64,000 bases of DNA. Origin: Terriglobia bacterium. GTDB lineage: Bacteria > Acidobacteriota > Vicinamibacteria > Vicinamibacterales > CAVVIG01. The stretch covers positions 20,878 to 84,877 of the forward strand of contig JAIQFX010000044.1 in the NCBI GenBank assembly GCA_020073005.1. Direction: 5' to 3'. The position numbers and the translations under genes are program-made. Below, piece after piece: positions 30,101 through 37,849 of this stretch (within the stretch, counting starts at the first letter, position 1; every line of letters begins with the position of its first letter). Below the pieces are notes generated by a model that saw only the letters and a list, made by a program, of their open reading frames with translations, was not told the origin of the DNA and did no database searches.

Positions 30101-30801
30101 GGCGTGCCGAGCGTGTCGCCGTACGTCGTCAGCGCCGTCCTCATCGTCGTGCCGCCACTGCCGCCGCTATAGGCCAGCCCGAAGTCGGTGACGACGGCCC
30201 GTACATCCTGTCCACTCTTGGACGGGACGAGCATCACGTTCGCGCTTTTCAGATCGCGGTGCACGATGCCGGCCGCGTGCGCGGCGTCGAGCGCGGCGGT
30301 GACCTGCGCGATGATCGCGATCGCATCCGCGGGCGCCATGCGGCCTTCGCGTTCGAGCCGCTCGTGCAGCGTTTCACCGCTGAGCAGTTCCATCGTCAGG
30401 AACGTGAGCCGCTCGACGTCGTCTGAACGCTCCGCAACGTCGCTTGGGCGCTCGGGCTCCGGCCACTGGTGATGGAAGATGTCGAAAATGCGCGAGACGT
30501 TGGGATGCGTGACCTTGCGCGCCAGCTGGATCTCGCGCTTGAAGCGCGCCAGCGCCATCGGGTCTTCCGCGATGTCTGGACGGATCGTCTTGAGCGCGAC
30601 GTTCTCGTTCAGCTCGATGTCGTGCGCTTCGTAGACTTCGCCCATGCCGCCGCGGGCGATGAAGCGCACGATCGTGAAGCGCTCGGCGAGCACCAGTCCG
30701 GCCTCGAGCGCAGGGGGCGCGACACGCGGCGCGCGGTTGACGCGTCCCGACTGGCTGAGCCGCAGCGTCGCGCGATCGTCCGGAACGTTCTCGTTAGACA
30801 C
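27136..30801 (-). CDS. Hanks-type Ser/Thr protein kinase with TM helix, TolB_N-like segment and TPR array
   Basis: RGGMGEVY, ALKT, HRDLKSAN, TDFGLA, YMAPE; TM near aa 350; many TPR repeats. Confidence 0.93.
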   Translation of the reverse strand: MSNENVPDDRATLRLSQSGRVNRAPRVAPPALEAGLVLAERFTIVRFIARGGMGEVYEAHDIELNENVALKTIRPDIAEDPMALARFKREIQLARKVTHPNVSRIFDIFHHQWPEPERPSDVAERSDDVERLTFLTMELLSGETLHERLEREGRMAPADAIAIIAQVTAALDAAHAAGIVHRDLKSANVMLVPSKSGQDVRAVVTDFGLAYSGGSGGTTMRTALTTYGDTLGTPDYMAPEQVTGGTITEAADIYALGIVMYEMVTGRRPFTSDSPLTTAVKRLSEPPPPPRTHVKDLDQRWEATILRCLERNPADRFSSAGDVLKALAGGEVAAGRRELDERRRRKQRALVIGAGAAALLVVTALGVRYVPSLVRSQASSAGNAGRPAAAAVKARRGVAVIGFKNSSAKPESAWISTALSEMLTTELGAGEQLQTSSSDTVARVKTDLGLSEADAYPKDTLGRIRANLGTDVIVLGSYLASGGRVRLDLRMQDTTSGETIATVGETVGESDLIDLATRAGEQLRAKLGLGALSAADAQSVQAALPANAEAARLYAEGVAKLRVADALGAKGLLERAVIADPKHALAHTALAAAWSAMGYDGNSRAEAKKAFDLSTSASREDRYVVEARYHEAAQEWDQAAATYEKLFGFFPDSLDYGLRLASSQTAAGKGREALGTLDALRKLPAPANDDPRIDLAEANTAAALSDFKRERTAAANAAAKGTKTGARLIVGNARLAEGWALRNLGQLPDAAAALEDAKSIFVTASDRGGVARAVNYQGLLLKDQGYLDQAREMFQQALTIRRAIGDLAGVAATMNNIGTILWQRGQLAEARDMHAQALTTYRQIGNRTGIAQTQQNMGNVSVYQGDLPGARKMYEDALASYRDVGNKSGEADILNNLASLLLNSGDAAGARPLFADALKIQREIGRKTGIGGALTNLGFALLQEGDYAAAAKNFDEAVAVYRDLKDQEGVASALTNSGIGLQQQGRLAEAKKAFDDALAANASRGRTLSAQSRLGQVLMLQGDVPAARKTYEAALAGWQQLGDKFGAAQTQIALAQIAIEEGRPADAETAARTIADQFAAQKRADGEALALDAVARALLAEGKAVEAAKAVARAQSLPAAALATLPRDTRLVFDITGARTAAATGKSADGIRALNATLATATKGLMVWPQFEARLALGEIEMQSGQTAAGVARLQALERDATPKNFGLIARHTAAARRGAK

Positions 30802-32296
30802 GAGTGCCTGCTGCAGGCTGTCGAGCCGCCATCATCTTCGCGCGGATCTGGATGATTTCATCCTCGCACCGGTCGAAGGCCTCGACGACGGCGGGATCGA
30901 ACTGCTTGCCGGGCTCGGCGCGGATGCGCCGGCCGGCTTCGTCGGCGGGAAGCCCGGCGCGATACGGACGATCCGACGTCATCGCGTCGTAGGTGTCGGC
31001 CACGGCCATCAACCGCGCGTGCAGATGGATGCGTTCGCCGGCGAGGGCGTCCGGATAGCCCTTCCCGTCCCATCGCTCGTGATGGCCGCGAATCGAGGGC
31101 AGCGATTCCTGCAGGAACGGCAGACCCGACAGCATCTCGTGACCGATCGTGACGTGACTTTCCATCATCGCGCGTTCGTCCGGATCGAGATGCCCGGGCT
31201 TCTGCAACACGCGGTCGGGAATGCCGACCTTGCCGATGTCGTGCAGCATGCCGGCGCGACGGATGATCTCGAGCGCGGGCGCGTCGAGTCCGGTGAATCT
31301 CGCGAGGGCGAGCGTGTACGCGGTCACGCGCTCCGAATGACCGGCCGTGTAGCGATCTCTGGCTTCGATCGACTTCGCAAACGCCTCGAGCGTCGATCGG
31401 AAATGCGCCTCGCGATCGGCGTACAGCTTGCCGGTCTCGAGCGCGGTGGCGGCATGCGCGGCAAAGCCGGAGGCGTACTCGACGTCGGCGGGCGCGAATC
31501 CCGCGCCGCCATGACGGTCCGCGTACAGCGCGCCGATCGGGCCGGTGCGGCCGAGCAACGGTACGCAGATGATGCTGCGCGCACCGGCCTTCATGATGCT
31601 CATGGCGTCCTGAAACCGGCGATCGCCGCGCACGTCCACGAGGACGACGGCCTCACGGGCGTCGATCGCTTCGCGCACGACTGTCGCGCTGGCGAATTCC
31701 GATACCGACGCGTATTCGCCCGCCGGACGCACGGCCCGCGGCGCGAGCGTCCCGGTCCCGGCGTCGTAGAACAGGATGGCGCTGCGGTGCGGCTTCAGGA
31801 TCTCGGTCAGCCGGTCGAGCACGTGCTCGAGCAGGACACCCAGATCGGCAAACGCCATCAGCTCCCGGCTGGTGGCCAGAAGCGCCTCGAGCACGCGCCG
31901 ATCGACCTTCGTGTGGGCGTCGGGCGCCATCGCAAAGCGCGTCATCGATCCCCACGCCGGCGCGTCAGCGACGCTGCGGGACGGCGCGGTGCCGTTGTCG
32001 GCGAGGAACTCGAGGGCGCCGATCGTCAGCTGATCGCCGGCGGCGATTCGCGCCGTGGAGACGCGCGCGCCGTTGACGAAAATGCCGTTCGTGCTGCCGA
32101 GATCCTCCGCCGTCACCTCGCCGTCGCCGGCCATCGTCAGCCGCATGTGCTGCCGGGACAGGCTGATGTCGTCGATGGAGATATCCGCGCTCGCCCCGCG
32201 GCCCACGACCTTCGATTCACCGGGATTGACGACGATCGTCGGCACCGCGCGATGCGCCGTCAGCGGTCTCAGCCGGATGAGCGGCATCGGGTCCAT
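30794..32296 (-). CDS. FHA-GAF-HD-GYP cyclic dinucleotide phosphodiesterase
   Basis: FHA (VVGR, SRQH, DLGSTNG), GAF, HSERV, LHDIGK, HHERWDGKGYP, DAMTSDRPYR. Confidence 0.92.
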   Translation of the reverse strand: MDPMPLIRLRPLTAHRAVPTIVVNPGESKVVGRGASADISIDDISLSRQHMRLTMAGDGEVTAEDLGSTNGIFVNGARVSTARIAAGDQLTIGALEFLADNGTAPSRSVADAPAWGSMTRFAMAPDAHTKVDRRVLEALLATSRELMAFADLGVLLEHVLDRLTEILKPHRSAILFYDAGTGTLAPRAVRPAGEYASVSEFASATVVREAIDAREAVVLVDVRGDRRFQDAMSIMKAGARSIICVPLLGRTGPIGALYADRHGGAGFAPADVEYASGFAAHAATALETGKLYADREAHFRSTLEAFAKSIEARDRYTAGHSERVTAYTLALARFTGLDAPALEIIRRAGMLHDIGKVGIPDRVLQKPGHLDPDERAMMESHVTIGHEMLSGLPFLQESLPSIRGHHERWDGKGYPDALAGERIHLHARLMAVADTYDAMTSDRPYRAGLPADEAGRRIRAEPGKQFDPAVVEAFDRCEDEIIQIRAKMMAARQPAAGTRV

Positions 32297-32299
32297 TCT

Positions 32300-33769
32300 C
32301 TACGCTCTTTCGATCCGCTTGAGTTTTTCGACGAGCGTGGTGCGCTTCAGATTGAGCAGCTTCGCGGCCTGCCCTTTGTTCCCGCCCGTGCGCTCGAGCG
32401 CGCGCTGCACGAGGTCGCGCTCGATCCCGCCGATGAAGTCGTCCAGGTCCAGTCCGCCTTCGGGCAGCGTGACCGCCGACGCCAGCGCCGCTTCCTGCGC
32501 CTGCTGAATCTCGTTCGGCAGATCGCCGGCGTCGATCTGCGCGCGGCCCGCGCTGAAGGCGACCGCGCGCTCGACCGCGTTCTCGAGCTGCCGCACGTTG
32601 CCCGGCCAGTGGTACGCCATCAGCCGGCGCATCGCGTCCTGCGACACGCTTTTGCGGACAGATCGCTCGCCTGAAAGACTCGCGCTACGTTCGCCCGCGC
32701 TACGTTCGCTCGCGCTACGTTCGCCCGCGCTACGTTCGCCCGCGCTGCGATCGCCGCTGGCGAGCTTGTCGAGGAAATGCTGGACCAGCAGCGGGATGTC
32801 CTCTTTGCGCTCGCGCAGCGGCGGCAGCTGGACCGGAATCACGTTCAGCCGGTAGAACAGGTCCTCGCGAAACGTCCCCTCGGCCACGAGCCGTCCGAGA
32901 TCGCTGTTCGTTGCCGCGATCACGCGCACATCCACCTTGATGGTGTGATTCGAGTCGCCGACGCGCTCGAACTCACGCTCCTGCAGCACGCGCAGCAGCT
33001 TCATCTGCAGCGCCGCGCTCATCGTGCCGACTTCGTCGAGGAACAGCGTGCCTTTGTGCGCCTGCTCGAGCCGGCCCTGCCGGTTGCCGACGGCGCCCGT
33101 GAACGCGCCGCGGACGTGGCCGAACAGTTCGGCCTCGAGCAGCGTCTCGGGAATGGCGCTGCAATTGAGCGCGACGAACCGGTGCAGGCGCCGCGGACTG
33201 CCCTGATGGATCGCGCGCGCCACGACTTCCTTGCCGGTCCCGGTTTCGCCAGTAATAAGGATGGTGCTGCCCGTGGGCGCGACGGTTTCGAGCAGCTGAA
33301 ACAGCCGCGACATCGCCTGCCCGCGTCCGACGACGCCTTCGAAGCGATCGCGTTTCTCGAGCTGCGCCCGCAGGTACGCGTTTTCCGATTTCAGCCGGCG
33401 CTGTTCGATCGCCGAGTCGAGCACGTGGAGCAGCTCGTCGATCTGAAACGGCTTGCTGACGAAATCCCACGCGCCGCGCTTGATGGCTTCGACCGCGTCC
33501 TTCACGGTGCCGTAGCCGGTGACGACGATCGCGATGATGTCCGGATACCGTTCGACGGCGCCTTCGACGACGGCCGAACCGTCGACGCCGGGCAAACGGA
33601 GATCAGTAATGATGATGTCGAACGCGAAGTCGGCCAGCTTGGCGAGCGCCGCTTCGCCCGTGTCGACCTGCTCGACCTGATAGCCGCGGTCCGCCAGCTG
33701 CTCCGCGATCGCCACCCGCAGAGGGGCCTCGTCTTCGACCAGCAAGAGATGTTTTGTAGAATCAGTCAT
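32300..33769 (-). CDS. Sigma54-dependent response regulator (REC-AAA+-Fis HTH; NtrC/FlrC-like)
   Basis: REC (VEDE, TDLRLP, SKP), GETGTGKE, GAFTGA, FLDEV, WPGNVRQLEN, C-terminal HTH. Confidence 0.95.
   Translation of the reverse strand: MTDSTKHLLLVEDEAPLRVAIAEQLADRGYQVEQVDTGEAALAKLADFAFDIIITDLRLPGVDGSAVVEGAVERYPDIIAIVVTGYGTVKDAVEAIKRGAWDFVSKPFQIDELLHVLDSAIEQRRLKSENAYLRAQLEKRDRFEGVVGRGQAMSRLFQLLETVAPTGSTILITGETGTGKEVVARAIHQGSPRRLHRFVALNCSAIPETLLEAELFGHVRGAFTGAVGNRQGRLEQAHKGTLFLDEVGTMSAALQMKLLRVLQEREFERVGDSNHTIKVDVRVIAATNSDLGRLVAEGTFREDLFYRLNVIPVQLPPLRERKEDIPLLVQHFLDKLASGDRSAGERSAGERSASERSAGERSASLSGERSVRKSVSQDAMRRLMAYHWPGNVRQLENAVERAVAFSAGRAQIDAGDLPNEIQQAQEAALASAVTLPEGGLDLDDFIGGIERDLVQRALERTGGNKGQAAKLLNLKRTTLVEKLKRIERA
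32664..32755 (-). repeat. In-frame REP-like element plus five 15-bp tandem repeats inside the activator gene
   Basis: Unit cgcgctacgttcgcc at 32681-32755 encoding SAGER-type repeats; reverse complement of 32664-32688 matches 61621-61645 at 22/25 nt. Confidence 0.85.
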
Positions 33770-33895
33770 TTAGCGGAGCGCCAGTATTTTGACACTCGGC
33801 GGCCCCCCGTGTCCATATCCGGTCGTTCGCCTTCTTCACGTCCTGACTATTCCCGGCCCGGCCTCCCACCGATAGAGGGGGCTGGAGGAAAGAAC

Positions 33896-34114
33896 GTGGA
33901 GCGAAAAACCATCTCGATCATGAAGGCCTGTGAGCTGGTCGGCGTCAGCCGCCGCACGATTTACAATTGGCTCTCGAGCGGCAAGATCGAATACGTGCGC
34001 ACGGCCGGCGGTTCAGTACGCATCTTCGTCGACACGCTGTGGCGCGACCCGAACAACGCCAGTCGCCCCGCGGTCCAGACGATGTGGCAGACCGAAGGCC
34101 GGAATCAGGCCTGA
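33896..34114 (+). CDS. Single-domain excisionase/BldC-like (MerR-type HTH) DNA-binding protein
   Basis: GGAGG SD, GTG start, ISIMKACELVGVSRRTIYNWLSSGKIEYVRTAGGSVRI. Confidence 0.85.
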   Translation: MERKTISIMKACELVGVSRRTIYNWLSSGKIEYVRTAGGSVRIFVDTLWRDPNNASRPAVQTMWQTEGRNQA

Positions 34115-34368
34115 TGCCGCGTCCGTTCAGCGTCGAGGAACTGCTCGCCAGGGGACCAATGGACGAATCACCCGAATTGCGTCTCCTGTTCCACCGCCTC
34201 AACAATCAGCTCGGGATCATCCTGGCGCACGCAGAATTGCTCGAAGCGAAAGCGCCCGACGACATGAATCGGGCGCGAGCGGGCCAGGTTGTCTCGAGCG
34301 CGCTCGAGGCGATGGGCACCGCCAAGGAAATCCGACGTCTCGCCGCCCCTTCGGTCGATCCCCAGTAA
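34114..34368 (+). CDS. Stand-alone HisKA/DHp-like mini-protein
   Basis: LFHRLNNQLGIILAHAELL resembles an H-box helix, followed by a second helix; no ATPase domain; start 34114 or 34159. Confidence 0.7.
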   Translation: MPRPFSVEELLARGPMDESPELRLLFHRLNNQLGIILAHAELLEAKAPDDMNRARAGQVVSSALEAMGTAKEIRRLAAPSVDPQ

Positions 34369-34393
34369 ACTCACACAATAACGTAATTCAGCC

Positions 34394-34439
34394 GTCATTT
34401 TTTTGGCTGACTGGACCTGTAAATCGTCAAACAATTGAC
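34394..34439. promoter_or_regulatory. Tandem enhancer-like sites GTCA-N6-TGAC
   Basis: GTCAttttttTGGC 34394-34407 and palindromic GTCAaacaatTGAC 34426-34439, 32 bp apart, in an AT-rich island upstream of a sigma54 promoter. Confidence 0.6.
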
Positions 34440-34573
34440 GATATTGCGCTCGTTCGGACGCCATTCCGCAGCCGGGTCCAGAAATAGACCACGCCGATAA
34501 ATACCTGAAATAAAGCGTCTTAGCGTGTACTTCGTCGCGTTAGTGGTGAGCTCCAGAACACGAGCCCAATTGT

Positions 34574-34588
34574 TGGTACCGGCGTTGC
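34574..34588 (+). promoter_or_regulatory. Sigma54 (-24/-12) promoter of the FliA/WhiG gene
   Basis: TGGTAC-cggcg-TTGC fits TGGYAC-N5-TTGC; AGGAG SD at 34613. Confidence 0.7.
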
Positions 34589-34624
34589 GATAGCGCGCAA
34601 CTGTCGGAAACCAGGAGACACCAC

Positions 34625-35569
34625 ATGCGTGTTCAGCCCGTTGCCGCCAATCAGAACCGCCGTATCGTCGCCAGCTTGCCGTTTGTCGAGGCGCTGGCTC
34701 GACGAATGGCTGCGTCGATGCCGAATTCGATCGACATCGGCGATCTCGTGCAGGACGGCGTGCTCGGTCTCATCGATGCCGCGCATCGCTTCGATGAAGA
34801 TCGCGGCATCAAGTTCGAGACGTTCGCGGAACGGCGCGTGCGCGGCGCGATGATCGACGCGCTTCGCAAGGACGCGTGGCCCCGCGGCGTCCGCCGCCAG
34901 CGGCGCGAGCTCGACGCGGCCCGCGAAGCGCTGCGCCGCGAGCTGGGACACGAGCCGTCGATGGCCGACCTCGCCGCGCGCGTCGGCTCGGACGAGAAAC
35001 GGCTGAGCCGGACCATCGTGCGCATCAACACGATCGAAGCGACGTCGCCGCTCGCGACGGGCGAGCACATGGACGAGAACTCGCTGCCGACCGTGCTCGT
35101 GCCGTCGGAGCCCGACGCGCCGGACATGGCCTACGAAAAGGCCGAGACGCGCGACCGCGTGCGCGCCGCGATTCAATCGCTCCCCTGGCGCGAGCGGAAA
35201 GTGATCGGGCTCTACTACTACGGCGAAGTGACGATGAAGCAGATCGGCGCCGAGATCGGCGTCAACGAATCGCGCGTCTCGCAGCTTCATGCGCGCGCGA
35301 TCCGCCGCCTGCGCGACGCGATCGGCGACATGAACCCGCAGAAGATCGCCGAGATGCGCCGTCAGCTGATCGCGTTCGCGGTGAAGAAGCCGGTGATGGC
35401 GAAGGCGGACGTTCGCTCTGCGTATAAGCCGGACGCGACGATGACCGCCGAGACGGTCGCCACGCCGCACGCCGTCGTCCTGCCGTACAAGGCGACGAAA
35501 CGTACGGCGCCCGTGAAGGCGACGCTCAAGATGGCGCGGTCGCGGCAGGCAGTCGCGGCGGCGAGGTAG
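34625..35569 (+). CDS. fliA: FliA/WhiG-family (sigma28) RNA polymerase sigma factor with basic C-terminal extension
   Basis: DLVQDGVLGLIDAA.RFD, KFETFA..RVRGAMIDALR, LYYY.E.TMKQIG..IGVNESRVSQLH. Confidence 0.88.
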   Translation: MRVQPVAANQNRRIVASLPFVEALARRMAASMPNSIDIGDLVQDGVLGLIDAAHRFDEDRGIKFETFAERRVRGAMIDALRKDAWPRGVRRQRRELDAAREALRRELGHEPSMADLAARVGSDEKRLSRTIVRINTIEATSPLATGEHMDENSLPTVLVPSEPDAPDMAYEKAETRDRVRAAIQSLPWRERKVIGLYYYGEVTMKQIGAEIGVNESRVSQLHARAIRRLRDAIGDMNPQKIAEMRRQLIAFAVKKPVMAKADVRSAYKPDATMTAETVATPHAVVLPYKATKRTAPVKATLKMARSRQAVAAAR

Positions 35570-35572
35570 CGG

Positions 35573-37096
35573 TCAGGAGAGGCCGTCGCGCACCGCGCGC
35601 AGCAGGTCGCCCAGGCGGAACGGTTTCGCCAGCCACCGGCAGCCGCTCTCCTGAAGAAACTTCTCCGCGTCGGTGCCGGCCACGTCACCCGTGACGAAGA
35701 TCACGCGTTTGGCCAGCGCCGGCGCCGCGGACGCGAGCTCGCGCGAGAACGACTGGCCGTCGAGCCGCGGCATCTTCAAGTCACAAATCACCAGATCGAA
35801 CGGCTCGGCTTTGATCTTCGCGAGCGCCTCGATGCCGTCCACCGCGTGCTGGACGACGTAGCCCGCGTCGCGCAGCGCGTCGACGACGGCGCTCGCCAGC
35901 TTCGTCTCATCCTCGACGACGAGAATCGCCGCGCCGACGACCGCCTTGACGGGCTCGGACAGGCGCGCCTTCATGCCGCCCTCCGGCCCGAGCTTCCTGC
36001 CGCTGACCGGGACCTCGACGAAGAATGACGCGCCGGCGTTCGGACGCGACTCGAGCCGGATGCGGCCGCCGTGCTCCTGCACGATCGCGTACGCGACGGT
36101 CAAGCCGAGTCCCGTCCCCTTGCCGACTTCCTTCGTGGTGAAGAACGGATCGAAGATCTTCGGCTGCAGCTCGTCCGGAATCCCAGGGCCATCGTCGTTG
36201 ATCTCGAGAATGACGGATTCCTGCTCGGCGTTGTGCCACGTGCGCACGACGAGGACGCCGCGTCCGTGCGCCGACAGCATCGCCTGCTCGGCGTTGATCA
36301 CGAGATTCAGCAGCACCTGCTGGAGCTGATGGCCGTCCGCGAACACCTGCGGCAGGCCGGCGGCCAGCGCGTCGATCACGCTGATGTTGGTGACGCGCTG
36401 ATCGTACGCGCGCAGCGCCAGCGTTTCGCGGACCACTTGATTGATGTCCACCATCGCGCGCGTCGTCTGACGCTTGCGGGCGAAGGTGAGCAGGTTGCGG
36501 ACGATCCGTGCGGCGCGTTCGGCCTCCGACTGGATCGTCTCCACGCCGCGGCGCACCGGATCGTCGAGCGTGCGCTGCGACAACCGCTCGGCCCAGCTGA
36601 GGATCGTCGCCAGCGGATTGTTCAGCTCGTGCGCGACGCCGGACATCGTCTGGCCGAGCGCGGCCATCTTCTCCGCCTGCAGCAGCTGGTGATAAATGTC
36701 GCGCGTCTCGTCGTCGAGCTTCTTGCGCTCGCTCACGTCGCGGATCAGCGCCTCGACGCGGACCGTGCCGTCCTCCGCCGGCGGATCCGCGCGCGCCGTC
36801 AGCTCCACCCAGGCGGGATTGCCGTCCGCGCGGCGCAGGCGCATCAGATAGTTGTTCACCGATCCATCGGTCGAGAGACGCTCGACGAGCGCGACGCGCG
36901 CCTGCGGATCGACGAATCGCTCGTGATCGAACGGACGGACGTCGCCCTCCGGCGCCTCGCTCGGGTACCCGAAGATCAGTTTGAGGTGGGGATTGGCGGC
37001 AATCGTCGACGTGGTCGCGGGACCGATCGTCCCGATGTACACGCCTTCGTGCACGGCCTCGAACAGCCGCGCGAATGCCGATGCGCGTCGCTCCAC
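35573..37096 (-). CDS. Cytoplasmic PAS-HisKA-HATPase-REC hybrid histidine kinase
   Basis: PAS, AHELNNP, NLVINA, DDGPG, FFTTK..GKGTGLGL, REC (EDE, CDLKMP, AKP). Confidence 0.93.
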   Translation of the reverse strand: MERRASAFARLFEAVHEGVYIGTIGPATTSTIAANPHLKLIFGYPSEAPEGDVRPFDHERFVDPQARVALVERLSTDGSVNNYLMRLRRADGNPAWVELTARADPPAEDGTVRVEALIRDVSERKKLDDETRDIYHQLLQAEKMAALGQTMSGVAHELNNPLATILSWAERLSQRTLDDPVRRGVETIQSEAERAARIVRNLLTFARKRQTTRAMVDINQVVRETLALRAYDQRVTNISVIDALAAGLPQVFADGHQLQQVLLNLVINAEQAMLSAHGRGVLVVRTWHNAEQESVILEINDDGPGIPDELQPKIFDPFFTTKEVGKGTGLGLTVAYAIVQEHGGRIRLESRPNAGASFFVEVPVSGRKLGPEGGMKARLSEPVKAVVGAAILVVEDETKLASAVVDALRDAGYVVQHAVDGIEALAKIKAEPFDLVICDLKMPRLDGQSFSRELASAAPALAKRVIFVTGDVAGTDAEKFLQESGCRWLAKPFRLGDLLRAVRDGLS

Positions 37097-37114
37097 TGTC
37101 GGATTATACGGGCT

Positions 37115-37183
37115 TGGTGACTGGTGACTGGTGACTGGTGACTAAAGACGGGTGCGTTCTTTCCAGCCACCAGCCACCAACCC
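37115..37183. repeat. Facing heptamer tandem repeats
   Basis: (TGGTGAC)x4 at 37115-37142 and (CCAGCCA)x2 plus CCAACCC at 37163-37183. Confidence 0.85.
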
Positions 37184-37798
37184 TCACTTCGTCGGCGCCG
37201 GCGCCGTCGGCGTATGCGTCGGATAGGTGCCCGACCACTTTTTTTCGTTCGCGGCCCGAATGTCCCGCACCGAGGCGCCCGAGTTGTACATCTGCATCGC
37301 GTCACGCGCGACGTCCAGGCAGATGGCTCATGTCATGCCGTGCGGCTCCCACTGCGTCACGTCGCCCTTCGCGTCCCGGGCCGTGACGAAGCAATCTTCG
37401 TTGCCGCGATGTCCGGAATGCTCGCAGCCGCAGTAGCACGGCACGTAGCTCAACACTTCCGGATGCTCGGCGGCGAACTTGTACGCCGCGCGCACGGTTT
37501 CCATCGGCCGCGCCGGCGGCTCGGGATCGAAGGGCAGCGGCGGCAGATTCTCCTGAGGATGCGGACCGAGCTTCGCCGATTCCGGCGGATCGACCACGGC
37601 CGGCAGTGGCGCCGTTTGCGCGGCCGGCTGCGTCGCAGCGGGACCCGACGATCGCATGTAGACCAGCGCGCCGCCGATCACGAGAATCAGCGCGGCGCCC
37701 GCGAGCATCATCGGCATCGATGATCGCGGCGGCTCTGCCGGTGGTGTCGAGGATGCCCCCGGCCGGGCCTGCGCTTTGGCGGAAGATTTGCGACCCAT
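37184..37798 (-). CDS. PCYCGC-motif membrane-anchored protein with in-frame UGA (probable selenocysteine, UxxC)
   Basis: TM helix, YVPCYCGC, H..NEDCF, EPHGMT-TGA(37328-37330)-AICLDVA; frame continues 47 codons to TGA at 37184. Confidence 0.8.
37289..37325 (-). promoter_or_regulatory. Candidate bacterial SECIS hairpin
   Basis: Immediately 3' of the UGA: CAUCUGC..GUCGCG-CGUGA-CGCGAU-GCAGAUG; apical loop 21 nt from the UGA with G at position 2 followed by U. Confidence 0.65.
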
Positions 37799-37849
37799 CA
37801 TTTTCATTTTACCGTGCATTCCGCTTTGGGCTAAAGTGCGATCGGTCCC

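Noticed and set aside
30410-30460. Imperfect ERxxDV repeat insertion in the kinase N-lobe
   Set aside because: Only two degenerate units in a variable loop, with no match to the other repeats.
26977-32674. Long plus-strand ORFs (779 aa, 676 aa) opposite the kinase and HD-GYP genes
   Set aside because: Arg-rich antisense shadows typical of high-GC codon bias, with no domain motifs.
33896-34114. Excisionase as evidence of a prophage or ICE
   Set aside because: No integrase, att site, tRNA or phage genes nearby; the context is regulatory.
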